NCBI GenBank assembly: GCA_027345185.1 | Contig: DAHWIK010000044.1 | Coordinates: 3,396-67,395 of the forward strand | Direction of reading: 5' to 3' | DNA from: Candidatus Micrarchaeota archaeon | GTDB taxonomy: Archaea; Micrarchaeota; Micrarchaeia; Micrarchaeales; CABMGC01 | DNA length: 64,000 bases | Part shown: piece after piece, positions 9,801-19,906 of the stretch | Layout: every line of letters starts with the position of its first letter | Position numbering within the stretch: the first letter of the stretch is position 1 | Position numbers and translations under genes: made by a program | Notes under the pieces: generated by a model | Database searches by the model: none | What the model was told of the DNA's origin: nothing | What the model saw: the letters and a program-made list of their open reading frames with translations, nothing else

Positions 9801-10451
9801 TCACTGTGCGTATGCCTCGCAAAGCTCGGCTGCACCACGAAGGAGTATGTAAACCACCAGTATAGTAACAAGCACATATCCTATCCATGCAGGATATGCT
9901 GATATGTAAACAAGCGCGAGATATGAGAAAGTCAGGAACTTTACCACGTTTATTCCTCCGCGACCAATGTTTGATGAGTATACCATCCTTGCGAACTTGG
10001 TCTTCATCTTTGACGATGTCCCCTTTGCAGCCATGAAGGCGTCAACGAAGGAGTGCCTTATTATTACAATGAATACTACGAAGAGAGGCACCACCCCAGC
10101 AACGGTGTAAACTACCCACAGTATGTATTCAACTGCGCGGTCTCCTGCTACATCTATCCTCGGTCCGAATTTTGCAGTGTTTGAAAGCTTCTCCTTGAAT
10201 CTCTTCACAGTTTTCATGGATCTCCGGTTGCCCATTAGCGACCTAATGTATGTGGCGAATCCGACCACACCGTTGCTCGCCTCGTTTACCGCAAAAAACC
10301 CGTCAACAGCATCGAGCAGCAGTGCTATTGCTATCAGTATTATTATCGCGATAGGGTTGAACTTGGCCAGTACAAGATAGGCTACAAAAACTATCAACAG
10401 CACTCTGACTAAGGTTGTGGCGTCTGCAGATCTCATTCGGGTCACTGACAT
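9801..10451 (-). CDS. CDP-alcohol phosphatidyltransferase family membrane protein (atypical motif spacing)
   Basis: Multi-TM. DAVDGFFAV ... GPRIDVAGD corresponds to DGxxAR...GxxxDxxxD, but R is replaced by V and about 40 residues replace the usual 8-residue spacer. Confidence 0.55.
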   Translation of the reverse strand: MSVTRMRSADATTLVRVLLIVFVAYLVLAKFNPIAIIILIAIALLLDAVDGFFAVNEASNGVVGFATYIRSLMGNRRSMKTVKRFKEKLSNTAKFGPRIDVAGDRAVEYILWVVYTVAGVVPLFVVFIVIIRHSFVDAFMAAKGTSSKMKTKFARMVYSSNIGRGGINVVKFLTFSYLALVYISAYPAWIGYVLVTILVVYILLRGAAELCEAYAQ

Positions 10452-10524
10452 TAAGGTTTTACAGCAAAAGCATTTAATAATTGGTTTAATATACTATATC
10501 GAAATCCAATTTGTAGTGCCTTTT

Positions 10525-13500
10525 ATGTTCGATCTTAACAAGAATGAGGAGCAGATACTCGAATATTGGACTGATCACAAGATACTACAGGCGACTAGGG
10601 AGAAGAACAGGGGCAGGAAGCCCTTCTACTTCCTTGACGGCCCTCCTTTCGTGAGCGGAGACCTTCATCCTGGGCAGATGTGGGTCAAGTCGATGAAGGA
10701 CGTGATACTTAGGTACAAGAGGTTCAGAGGATATGACGTTTATGACAGAGCCGGATACGATGTCCATGGACTGCCGATAGAGAAGAGGGCTGAGGCGCAG
10801 CTCGGTATAAAATCGAAGAAGGAGATAGAGGACAGGATAGGAGTAGAGAACTTCATAAAGACATGCAGGGAGTACGTTGAGGCATACATAGGAAGGATGG
10901 ATAAGGACTATTACAGGTTCGGTATGTCACTTGATTTTGGGAACCCATACATACCGTCTAAGATGCCGTATATGGAGGTTGCGTGGAGCTACCTGAAGCA
11001 GATGGACGAGAAGGGCTTCCTTTACAAGGACAGGAGAGCCACAACCTATTGTACCAGCTGCGGGACATCAGTATCGCAGGGCAGCATGGAGGTGGAGTAC
11101 AGGAATGATACAGATCCGTCGATATTCGTGGCATTCAAGGTTGACGAAAAACTTTCAAAGGCGAAGATAGAGATTGGTAGGGATCTTCATCTTCTTATAT
11201 GGACCACAACGCCATGGACGCTTCCTGCCAATATTGCAGCTGCGGTAAACCCGGATGAGAGGTATGTTATAGCAAGAATAGGTGATAGACGGTATGTGCT
11301 TGTCAAGAGCAGGCTGGATGCCGTATCGCAACTGCTGAAGGAGAGCGTGGTTGTGGAGGGGGAGTTTTACGGAGTTGAAATGGAAGGAATACATTACATA
11401 AATCCTCTTGAGGTAAATGTGCCGATGCAGAAAGACTTCAGGAGGCACCATAGGATTATAATGGCAAAGGAACTCGTGTCGTCTTCCGAGGGAAGCGGCA
11501 TAGTGCATATTGCCCCGGGACACGGACTTGAGGACTACCTTATAGGAAAGAAGAACAAGCTTCCGATATTTTCGCCTGTTGATAAGCAGGGAAATTACAC
11601 TGACGAAGCTGGAAAGTATCATGGGCTGATGGTACCTGTAGACGCAAACAAGAGAGTGCTTGAAGACCTAAAGGAGCTTGGAGTGCTAATACACAATTCA
11701 ACTATGTTGCACAGTTATCCGCACTGCTGGAGATGCGACACCAAGCTGATATACATAGCAACGGAGCAGTGGTTCATAAACGTGCAGAAGATTAAGGGCA
11801 AGCTAATCTCTGAGAACAAGAAGGTTTCGTGGCACCCTAAAGACGCTGCAAAATGGCAGGAGGACGTTCTGCAGAGCTCCCCGGACTGGGCAATCTCCAG
11901 GCAGAGGTACTGGGGCATACCAATACCAGTGTGGGAGTGCACCGAATGCGAAAATAGGTTTGTTGCCGGATCCATAAATGACCTCAAGAAGGTTGCTGTC
12001 AACAAGGACTACGTTGATTCGCTCACAGACATACATAGGCCTTACATAGACGATGTGGTTGTGAAGTGCCCGAAGTGCACAGCACAGATGAAGCGCGTGA
12101 AGGATGTCCTTGACGTCTGGTTCGACTCAAGCATAGCTTACAGGGCAAGCCTTACGGATGAGCAGTTCAGGCTCCTCTTCCCTATCGACTTCATACTTGA
12201 AGCAATAGAGCAGCTAAGGGGATGGTTCTCCTACCAGCTCAAGTCTAGCGTGATAGTGCATGGAAAGAGGCCGTACAAGAATGTAGTCATGCACGGTATG
12301 ATGCTTGGAAGCGACGGAAGGGAGATGCATAAGAAGATAGGCAATTATGTACCCCTCAATGACATACTTAAAACTGTGACCGCAGACTCATTCAGGCTGT
12401 GGTGTACATCGCATACGCCACAGCTTGACCTTATCTTCAGCATGGAGAAGATAAACGAGGCCAACAGGACTGTGATACTTCTTTACAACATATCAAACCT
12501 CCTACAGGAGTATTCTGATGCTGTGTCATATGATCGGAAGAGGATAAGAATGACTTCGAAACTGGAGAGGCTAAGCCATGAGGACGCATGGATAGTGTCA
12601 AGGCTTAACTCGACCATTAAGACGGCCACGGAAAACCTTGATAATTACGATACCTACAGGGCCGTCAACGCGGTCCGCTCCTTCATAACCATGGACCTCA
12701 GCAGGTTCTACCTCAAGATAGCAAAGAAGAAGATACTCTATTCTTCTAAGAAGGAGTCAAAGGCCACCCTTGACGTGTTAAACTATGTGTTCTTCAATAC
12801 CCTGATAATGATCGCCCCCATGGCGCCATTCTCATCGGAAAAGATATACCTTGACAGATATGCGTTCGCTGAGAGCATCTTCCTGGAATCATGGCCCAAG
12901 TACAGCGATAGGCTGATAAGTGCGGATGCCGAGAAGTCATTCGAGATTGTGCTAGATTCAATAACCGCAATACTGAACAGCAGGGAGAAGGCTAACGTGA
13001 AGCTCAGGTGGCCACTTGCAAAGGCAACTATAGAGGCAAACAATGACCATACACTACAGACGCTTGAGAAGTTATCTTACATCATTGAGGATTACACTAA
13101 CATAAAGAAGCTTGACGCGAAGAGGGCTGGCAGATCAAATGTAGAGGTCAGGCCAAATTTCTCTAAGATAGGCCCTGACTTTAGGAAGGATGCCAAAGCT
13201 GTAGGCGATGGGATAATAGCAGCAGATCCTAAGGAACTTTCCGACACAGTAGCAAAGTCAGGCGAGTACCATATTCACACAGACAGTGGGACATTCACGA
13301 TAAACCAGAGTCACTTCACTACGATAGACAGAGTCGAGGGGGAAAATGCAATACCGTTCAGGTACGGGATAGCGTATGTTAATAAGGAGATAAGCAAGGA
13401 GCTGCAGGAGGAAGCGATGCTCAGAGAATTCGAGAGGAGGGTCCAGATTGCGAGGAAGGAGATGGGTCTGAAGAAGGGGGACAGAATAAAAATAGTGTAT

Positions 13501-13665
13501 AGGGTTTCATCTGATCTTCACGAAATGGTGCAGAGGAACCTGAAGCAGGTGAAAACAGACCTTAACGCCTCCGGGCTATCGAGGTTCGGCGAGGTAAAGT
13601 CCAGCTTCGTAAAGGAGTTTGACCTTGAGGGTGAGAAGATAGAAATAGGAATAGACAGGGATTGA
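10525..13665 (+). CDS. ileS: Isoleucyl-tRNA synthetase
   Basis: Class I aaRS of about 1046 aa from the ATG at 10525. HIGH-like LHPGQ, WAISRQRYWGIPIPVW, a CxxC zinc knuckle pair and KMSKS-like HKKIGN. The ORF-track N-terminal extension overlaps the divergent gene and was discarded. Confidence 0.9.
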   Translation: MFDLNKNEEQILEYWTDHKILQATREKNRGRKPFYFLDGPPFVSGDLHPGQMWVKSMKDVILRYKRFRGYDVYDRAGYDVHGLPIEKRAEAQLGIKSKKEIEDRIGVENFIKTCREYVEAYIGRMDKDYYRFGMSLDFGNPYIPSKMPYMEVAWSYLKQMDEKGFLYKDRRATTYCTSCGTSVSQGSMEVEYRNDTDPSIFVAFKVDEKLSKAKIEIGRDLHLLIWTTTPWTLPANIAAAVNPDERYVIARIGDRRYVLVKSRLDAVSQLLKESVVVEGEFYGVEMEGIHYINPLEVNVPMQKDFRRHHRIIMAKELVSSSEGSGIVHIAPGHGLEDYLIGKKNKLPIFSPVDKQGNYTDEAGKYHGLMVPVDANKRVLEDLKELGVLIHNSTMLHSYPHCWRCDTKLIYIATEQWFINVQKIKGKLISENKKVSWHPKDAAKWQEDVLQSSPDWAISRQRYWGIPIPVWECTECENRFVAGSINDLKKVAVNKDYVDSLTDIHRPYIDDVVVKCPKCTAQMKRVKDVLDVWFDSSIAYRASLTDEQFRLLFPIDFILEAIEQLRGWFSYQLKSSVIVHGKRPYKNVVMHGMMLGSDGREMHKKIGNYVPLNDILKTVTADSFRLWCTSHTPQLDLIFSMEKINEANRTVILLYNISNLLQEYSDAVSYDRKRIRMTSKLERLSHEDAWIVSRLNSTIKTATENLDNYDTYRAVNAVRSFITMDLSRFYLKIAKKKILYSSKKESKATLDVLNYVFFNTLIMIAPMAPFSSEKIYLDRYAFAESIFLESWPKYSDRLISADAEKSFEIVLDSITAILNSREKANVKLRWPLAKATIEANNDHTLQTLEKLSYIIEDYTNIKKLDAKRAGRSNVEVRPNFSKIGPDFRKDAKAVGDGIIAADPKELSDTVAKSGEYHIHTDSGTFTINQSHFTTIDRVEGENAIPFRYGIAYVNKEISKELQEEAMLREFERRVQIARKEMGLKKGDRIKIVYRVSSDLHEMVQRNLKQVKTDLNASGLSRFGEVKSSFVKEFDLEGEKIEIGIDRD

Positions 13666-13863
13666 CTACTCCTTTGCCGCACTCTTGAATGCCTTCCTTG
13701 AGGGCATCTTAGACCAATCGTCCTTGCATATGACCAGCCTTATCACCTTTGAGACCCTCCTTGAACTCTTAACACAGTTAATGCAAACCTTGCGCTTGCA
13801 GTAATTGCATGTATTGTACTTGTGTATGTTATTTCCGCATCTTTCGCACATCACGTGAACCAC
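13666..13863 (-). CDS. Small Cys-rich zinc-ribbon protein
   Basis: 65 aa with CERCG, CNYC and CINC motifs followed by a basic tail. Confidence 0.45.
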   Translation of the reverse strand: MVHVMCERCGNNIHKYNTCNYCKRKVCINCVKSSRRVSKVIRLVICKDDWSKMPSRKAFKSAAKE

Positions 13864-13916
13864 TTTAATATCTATGATAAGTAGTAGATTATAAAGCAGT
13901 AGTATTTTAATAGTTT

Positions 13917-15215
13917 ATGGTGCACATGCCACGCGCTATAATAGAGACGTACGGCTGCACGCTCAACAGGGCTGACAGCGACATAATGGAAGGAATCCTC
14001 AAGTCTAAGGGAATTGATGTTGAGAGGGGCAGGTACAGGCAGGGAAGCAGATATGACTATGTTATAATCAATACCTGCACTGTCAAGACGCCCACGGAGC
14101 AGAGGATACTTGACAGGATAAGGAAGATATCGGCAGGAAAGGGTAGATTGATAGCCACAGGATGCATGGCAGGAGCAAATCCTGACAGGATACTTGCAGC
14201 TGCGCCGAATGCAAGCATAGTCACCACAAGCAATGTGCATAGGATAGCAGACGCGATAGACGAAATCAACGATAACTGCAGAGCCGATTATTCAGGTTAT
14301 TCCAGGAATGACAAGCTCCAATACGCCAAGCATTATGGATCAGTAATAGCAAGGGTTCCGATAAGTGAAGGTTGCCTCAGCAGCTGCAATTTCTGCGAAA
14401 CGAAGTTCGCAAGGGGCCCTCTCAACAGCTTTTCAGAAAAATTGATACTTAAGGCGATAGAACTTAGTGTAAAGAGCGGATCGAAGGAGATAGAGCTAAC
14501 ATCCCAAGATGTGGGAGCTTATGGACTGGATCGCGGCACGAACATAGGCAGGCTTGTGCTTGGCATTGCAGACATAGAAGGTGATTTTAGAGTAAGGATA
14601 GGCATGCTTAATCCAGAGCACCTCAATAAGTACATAGATGAACTTATAGAAGGATACGGAGACCGGCGGATTTACAGGTTCATACACCTGCCGCTCCAGT
14701 CTGCAAGCAACAAGGTGCTAAGGGAGATGGACAGGAGATACACGATAGAGCAGTTCTGCGAGAGCGTCAGGGAGCTCAGGACAAAGGTTCCAGGAATAAG
14801 CATAGAGACCGACATGATAGTCGGCTACCCTTCTGAGAGCGCTCTCGATTTTGGCGAGTCTATGGATTTCATATGGAATGTCAGGCCGACATTCACCAAC
14901 GTCTCGAAGTTCGGGGCTCGGCCGCATGCGAAGGCCTCCAAGCTCAGGCAGCTAGGGAACCTTGTGATAAAGGAGAGGAGCTTGCAGATGTCTAGGCTTG
15001 CAAGGGAGGTGCAAAGAGAGGACTTCTCAAAGCTGGTCGGATCAAGGGAAAGCGTGCTTATAACAGAGGAGAACGGCAGGTCTCTCATAGGGAGGGATGA
15101 CTGTTACAGGATAATCGCTCTGGACAGATCTGAATGCGATGCAAAGATTGGGGAGAGGATTATGGCTAAGGCGTATGGAAATACCTCTGTCTGTCTTCTG
15201 GGAAAAGCATTATAG
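13917..15215 (+). CDS. MiaB-like radical SAM tRNA methylthiotransferase (archaeal/CDKAL1-type MtaB)
   Basis: N-terminal UPF0004 domain IETYGCTLNRADSD, radical SAM box CLSSCNFCETKFARG, and a C-terminal TRAM-like region. Confidence 0.8.
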   Translation: MVHMPRAIIETYGCTLNRADSDIMEGILKSKGIDVERGRYRQGSRYDYVIINTCTVKTPTEQRILDRIRKISAGKGRLIATGCMAGANPDRILAAAPNASIVTTSNVHRIADAIDEINDNCRADYSGYSRNDKLQYAKHYGSVIARVPISEGCLSSCNFCETKFARGPLNSFSEKLILKAIELSVKSGSKEIELTSQDVGAYGLDRGTNIGRLVLGIADIEGDFRVRIGMLNPEHLNKYIDELIEGYGDRRIYRFIHLPLQSASNKVLREMDRRYTIEQFCESVRELRTKVPGISIETDMIVGYPSESALDFGESMDFIWNVRPTFTNVSKFGARPHAKASKLRQLGNLVIKERSLQMSRLAREVQREDFSKLVGSRESVLITEENGRSLIGRDDCYRIIALDRSECDAKIGERIMAKAYGNTSVCLLGKAL

Positions 15216-17762
15216 TCATCTGTTAGCTTCCATGAACTGTATGTTGGCTTCTATCTCTTCCAGTGTGTTTGCCAGCGCGTGGGCGATGTCATCTCTCTTG
15301 TTCTCCTTCTTGCTGAAGAACGCCTTGACCTCGTCCAGATCCTCTTTGGTCTTCAGACATGAAAGGTTGTCTACATACCTGCTGAGCATGTGGGTGCCGC
15401 TTGCAAATCTCTTCTTGAGCTGCTTCCAGTTCTTCTTTGTCCATTCGAGTATCAGTTCGCTTCCGGCAGGGTTTGACGAGCCCATGGCGACTATCACGAA
15501 CGAGTCCTGAGGCCTGACCTCCTGCGACATCGAAAATTCGAAAGCATTGAGAAGTAGCCTCTTATCATTGAACATGGCCAGTGCCCTCAGGAACCTGGCC
15601 TTTTCCTCAGGAACCTTTTCTTTTATGTATCTCTGCCTGAACGTATTGAATACCTTTTCATCACCTACCCATGCGTTGAGATAAAATACCGCCGCGCGTA
15701 TATTTATTTCAATCTCCTTTCCATGCGTTATGTAATCATTGAATATCTCCTTTGCACTGTCTATCGTAGTTGGGTGTCCTGCCATTCCTGATTTCATTAT
15801 CGCTGCTGACCTCATCATTGTGTTGAATGTGCTCTCGCGCTCTCTCCTATCCCATCCCAGATTGTCGAGAATCTCATTGCTGTATCTTATTATGAGCTCC
15901 TTTGGCATGGTGTTTCCTTCTTTGTAAAGCATGTCGCTTATCCATCCGAGGTGGTCAAGCACATTTGCATTCATAGGATATTCGCCGCCAAAGCAGTACT
16001 TGTCAACAAACTCTAGATAGCTGCCTGCGGCTACCCTTCCAGATCTCGACATTGCATATATATCGTTTTCTATTCCCCAAGAATCGGCTCCGCTCAGTTT
16101 CTTGTCCCTTATGAGATGCCCCAATTTTTCTATATCAGTTTCATCGTATACAACCCTGTAAAGGCCGTTCTGGCCGGAATTCAGTTTTATCCACTGGTCT
16201 GCAACCAAAGGTATGTTTGCAGATTTTTTATCGAATAGCATATTATGCTCAGATCCTGAAACCGAGTAGTTTATTGGTATTGGCCATACGGTATTGTCAG
16301 ATATCTTGTTCAGCATGAAGTACCTCTTCTGTTCCAGCTCTATTCCTGAATCTGACCTCTTTGCACGTATGATCGGATATCCTGGCTTGTCCACCCAGAA
16401 GCTTGCTACGCTGTATACGTTCATCTTCTTGCTCCTGCGCTTTGCTTCGTCATCTATGGACCTCCACAGGTCAAATTTTGTGGCGTTTGAATATGAGTGA
16501 TCTTTTAGATAGTTGTGCAGGCCTTCTCTGAATATTTCGTATCCGGAGTAATGCTCTATCATGTTAAGTACTGTGCCGCCCTTCTCATAGCTTATCTCAT
16601 CGAAAAGCTGGTCTATCTCGCCCGGGGATTTCACGGATACGCTTATTGGGTGGGTCGACTTGAGCTGATCTGCACCAAAAGCCGTAGCTATGACTTCACG
16701 CTTGTATTCGATCTTCATCTTCCATTCGGGAAATAGTGCATCAAGCGCCTTGTAGCTCATGAACGTGGCGAAGCTCTCATTGAGCCAGAGATCGTTCCAC
16801 CACTTCATAGTAACAAGGTCGCCGAACCATTGGTGGACGAGCTCATGGGCTATGACCTCGGCTATCCTCTGCTTTGTGGCAACGGAGCTGTCGCTGGCAG
16901 CAAGAAGTGCGGTCTCCCTGAAGGTTATCGCACCCCAGTTCTCCATTGCCCCTGCTGCGAAGTCAGGTATGGCAATGAAGTCCACTTTTGGAAGAGGATA
17001 TTTGACACCGAAATAATCCTCGAAGAACTTTATAAACTTCTTTGCGTATTCAAGAGGTAACTGGGCCAGTTTCCTGTTTCCCGGCATCGTTATCACGCGG
17101 ATTTCTATCTTCCCAAGCTTGCCCTTGACGTAATCGTAATTGCCTACTCCAAGATAAAGAAGATAGGTTGACATCCTTGGAGTCTCCTTGAACCTAACCT
17201 CCTTTATGGACTTGCCTATTTTTTTAACTGATAGCACAGGCATGTTTGATATGCAGTCCATATCCTTATCTACAGTCATCGACACATCGAAAATCGCCTT
17301 GAAAGAGGGCTCATCAAAGCATGGGAATGCGTTCCTTGCATTCGCAGCCTCAAACTGCGAGGTAAGTATGTACTTTGTGGCCTTTCCGTGGAGATACCTG
17401 CTCCTGTAAAATCCGTACATGTTCTCGTTGTTCGTTCCGGTAAATTTGATTTTTATTGAGGCGCTGCCCTTGACGCTAGACTTCAGCTTAATGGTTATTC
17501 TCTGCTTCTCTCTGTCCTCCTTTACTGAGGCTTTGAGTTCGCCTGATTTAGACAGCACTGACGCACTCTTTATCTCAAGCTCGGCAGCATTGAGGGATAT
17601 CTCCTTTGTGCTCTTCTTTATCTGGACTGATATCAGCGCCATGCCTTCGTACTTGAAGGTTCTGAAGTTTGGCTTGAAGTTTAATGAGTATCTGGTCGGG
17701 ATTACATTGTCTCCCAAGGTCTGATAGTCCTCCGATTCCGATTTTTTGTGATTTGCTGCCAT
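15216..17762 (-). CDS. M1 family aminopeptidase (tricorn-interacting factor F2/F3-like)
   Basis: GAMENWG exopeptidase motif and HELVHQWFGDLVTMKWWNDLWLNESFA (HExxH-x18-E). The C-terminal part looks like an ERAP1-type helical domain. Confidence 0.88.
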   Translation of the reverse strand: MAANHKKSESEDYQTLGDNVIPTRYSLNFKPNFRTFKYEGMALISVQIKKSTKEISLNAAELEIKSASVLSKSGELKASVKEDREKQRITIKLKSSVKGSASIKIKFTGTNNENMYGFYRSRYLHGKATKYILTSQFEAANARNAFPCFDEPSFKAIFDVSMTVDKDMDCISNMPVLSVKKIGKSIKEVRFKETPRMSTYLLYLGVGNYDYVKGKLGKIEIRVITMPGNRKLAQLPLEYAKKFIKFFEDYFGVKYPLPKVDFIAIPDFAAGAMENWGAITFRETALLAASDSSVATKQRIAEVIAHELVHQWFGDLVTMKWWNDLWLNESFATFMSYKALDALFPEWKMKIEYKREVIATAFGADQLKSTHPISVSVKSPGEIDQLFDEISYEKGGTVLNMIEHYSGYEIFREGLHNYLKDHSYSNATKFDLWRSIDDEAKRRSKKMNVYSVASFWVDKPGYPIIRAKRSDSGIELEQKRYFMLNKISDNTVWPIPINYSVSGSEHNMLFDKKSANIPLVADQWIKLNSGQNGLYRVVYDETDIEKLGHLIRDKKLSGADSWGIENDIYAMSRSGRVAAGSYLEFVDKYCFGGEYPMNANVLDHLGWISDMLYKEGNTMPKELIIRYSNEILDNLGWDRRERESTFNTMMRSAAIMKSGMAGHPTTIDSAKEIFNDYITHGKEIEINIRAAVFYLNAWVGDEKVFNTFRQRYIKEKVPEEKARFLRALAMFNDKRLLLNAFEFSMSQEVRPQDSFVIVAMGSSNPAGSELILEWTKKNWKQLKKRFASGTHMLSRYVDNLSCLKTKEDLDEVKAFFSKKENKRDDIAHALANTLEEIEANIQFMEANR

Positions 17763-17771
17763 TTTTGCACC

Positions 17772-18260
17772 TTATTTTTCCAGCTCCATTATCGCCGCAA
17801 TTATCTCTTTTTCATGGCCCAGCGGGTTTACCTTATTGAATGCCTTTACTATATTTCCCTTCTTGCCTATTATGAATGTCTTCCTGAGCGTTCCGAACCC
17901 GAATATTCCCTTGTTTCCGTATGCATCGTAGCTCTTTATGACTTCATTTGAGGGATCCGATAGCAGGAGCACCCTCAGCCCGTATTTTGAGCAGAATTTG
18001 GTATGCGACGCTATATCGTCGTTGCTTATTCCGACTACATCCGCGCCGAGTTTGCGTATCTCGTCTATCTTTGAGGTGAATCCTTTTGCCTCGATTGTGC
18101 ACCCTGGTGTGTCGTCCCTCGGATAGAAATACATTACGAGATACCTTCCTGAAAAGTCCTTGAGGCTGTGCTTCTTTCCATCCGACCCTTCGAGATTGAA
18201 ATCCGGGGCCTTAGAATTAAGATCTAACAACAGAACACCTATAATCTGTAGTAACAACAA
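17772..18260 (-). CDS. bcp: Peroxiredoxin, Bcp type
   Basis: KAPDFNLEG ... YFYPRDDTPGCTIEA holds the peroxidatic Cys. The start is a non-ATG codon; an internal TTG near 18230 would give the usual length. Confidence 0.8.
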   Translation of the reverse strand: MLLLQIIGVLLLDLNSKAPDFNLEGSDGKKHSLKDFSGRYLVMYFYPRDDTPGCTIEAKGFTSKIDEIRKLGADVVGISNDDIASHTKFCSKYGLRVLLLSDPSNEVIKSYDAYGNKGIFGFGTLRKTFIIGKKGNIVKAFNKVNPLGHEKEIIAAIMELEK

Positions 18261-18311
18261 AGATATAAAGGTTCTAATCCATATAATTTAGCTGGACCTT
18301 GCCGTGATAAA

Positions 18312-19001
18312 TTGGTTTCAATTATTGATAGGCTATTTGGAAATAAGAAAGTGCAAACCTCTGTCAAAAAGGTCACGATAACTAGCATAAACCTGAAGTT
18401 TATGGGCAATTCACATGGACTTGCAGGGATGGAAGTCTCGGAACCGGTATTCGAATTGCGCATACCGTTCCAGAACAAGATGGGCAGTAATCTTCTTCCC
18501 GATAACCTGAAAGGACCAAAAATAGTATTGAGCAGCGTAACCGTTGGATCTCCGTTCAGGCTTGTTGACATCAGTCCAAAACTGCCTGTGGAGGTGCCTT
18601 ACATGTCAAAGACGATGTTCACTCTCAAGATAGCTGCACCTGACGTCACGTGGGAAGGGCCGCTGTCAATAAACTTCGGCAATGAGTCTGCAAACAATGT
18701 GACAATAAGCATAAAGAAGGTAACATTGCATCATGGCGACAAGTCAATAGAGCTTGAGGACTCCGGCGTAACAACATCCATGCAGAAATCACAGCTCTTC
18801 AAGCAGAACCTGCAGATCTACAAGGTGCTCTCCTTAGGAGACACGGTAAACAAGATAGAAGTCAGCGCGCCGTTTGAGATAGTGAGCACCGACCCAAAAC
18901 TGCCTATAAAGGCTGACAAGAAGGACAGCTACATAATAAGCCTGTACATGAAGTGCCCGGAATTCAGCTATGCCGGAGACCTTGATATTAGATTCTCATA
19001 G
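18312..19001 (+). CDS. Hypothetical protein with two internally repeated beta-sandwich-like modules
   Basis: Internal repeat: GSPFRLVDISPKLPVEV..FTLKIAAPDVTWEGPLSINF versus SAPFEIVSTDPKLPIKA..IISLYMKCPEFSYAGDLDIRF. No signal peptide or TM helix. Confidence 0.5.
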   Translation: MVSIIDRLFGNKKVQTSVKKVTITSINLKFMGNSHGLAGMEVSEPVFELRIPFQNKMGSNLLPDNLKGPKIVLSSVTVGSPFRLVDISPKLPVEVPYMSKTMFTLKIAAPDVTWEGPLSINFGNESANNVTISIKKVTLHHGDKSIELEDSGVTTSMQKSQLFKQNLQIYKVLSLGDTVNKIEVSAPFEIVSTDPKLPIKADKKDSYIISLYMKCPEFSYAGDLDIRFS

Positions 19002-19009
19002 ATGTTGAA

Positions 19010-19906
19010 ATGAATTATATAGTATCGGTACCAGTAAATGAGGATGTAGCCGCATTCATAGGCAAGAAGGGTTCGGAGGAGGGACTCATATTCTTCAACA
19101 GGAAGATCGACAACGACATCATAGTCGTCATGATGCCGCCAAACAAAGAGGACAAGATATATTACAACTTGGCGGAGACGATGCTGATATCCGGTCAGGT
19201 AGTGATAAGCACTGAGACTGTTGACAAGTTCCTTGGCGAAGTGATAGTGGCAGCGTCGCTGCTTGGCAAGCACGCCATTGTCCTGAACGAGAATGATATC
19301 TCAAAGATGATCAACGGACTGCTCAAAGATTTTGAGGTGTGCAGTAGGAACGAGCTGCTTGCGAGGATAGTGGCGCATAAGGAGCAGCATGATGGAGACC
19401 TGAGGATAGACATAGACAAGGCTTTTCCTGTAAAGGGAATAGGCACAGTTATACTCGGGGTGGTGACCAGAGGAAAAGTGATGGTGCATGATTCTGTATA
19501 CCATAGCTCCGGAAAACAGGTAAGCATAAAATCCATACAGAGCCAGGACGTAGATATTTCAGAGGCAGGGTACGGAACGCGCGTAGGGCTGGCTGTGAAG
19601 GGAATAGAATACGGCGAAGTTGACAAGGGAGACCTGTTCACGGCTAAGCCATTCCAGAAGGTAAAAGGGATGACTGCGTCAATCAATATCAGCTCTTTCG
19701 CAAATGAGAAGATGGAGCCTGGAAAAAGATACATGCTCGTGTCAAACTTCTCCCACGTAGTCTCCAAGATAGAGGAGGTGGATGGGCAGAACGCAAGGAT
19801 CAGCTTCGAGAAGCCCATATCTGTGCTTCAGGGAGACAGCTTCATGCTTATACGCGACCAAAGCCCCAGGATATTCGCATCAGGCAAGATAACAAGCTTG
19901 GCTTAG
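19010..19906 (+). CDS. EF-Tu/EF-1alpha-like protein with degenerate (non-GTPase) G domain
   Basis: Domain-2 barrel RIDIDKAFPVKGIGTVILGVVTRGKVMVHD...GLAVKGIEYGEVDKGD. The N-terminal 130 aa lack the GxxxxGK[ST] and DxxG motifs, and NKxD is degraded to NEND. Confidence 0.6.
   Translation: MNYIVSVPVNEDVAAFIGKKGSEEGLIFFNRKIDNDIIVVMMPPNKEDKIYYNLAETMLISGQVVISTETVDKFLGEVIVAASLLGKHAIVLNENDISKMINGLLKDFEVCSRNELLARIVAHKEQHDGDLRIDIDKAFPVKGIGTVILGVVTRGKVMVHDSVYHSSGKQVSIKSIQSQDVDISEAGYGTRVGLAVKGIEYGEVDKGDLFTAKPFQKVKGMTASINISSFANEKMEPGKRYMLVSNFSHVVSKIEEVDGQNARISFEKPISVLQGDSFMLIRDQSPRIFASGKITSLA

Noticed and set aside
10417-10524. N-terminal extensions of track ORFs: ileS 10417-10524, Nudix 9797-9877, tyrA 22116-22172, msrB 53418-53528, hemC-D 61754-61819, the Cld-like gene 59821-59943, and the zinc-ribbon gene 55007-55105.
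   Set aside because: The extensions overlap neighbouring genes or promoters and have no family-like sequence. Internal ATG codons give N-termini that match the respective families. They are treated as longest-ORF artefacts.
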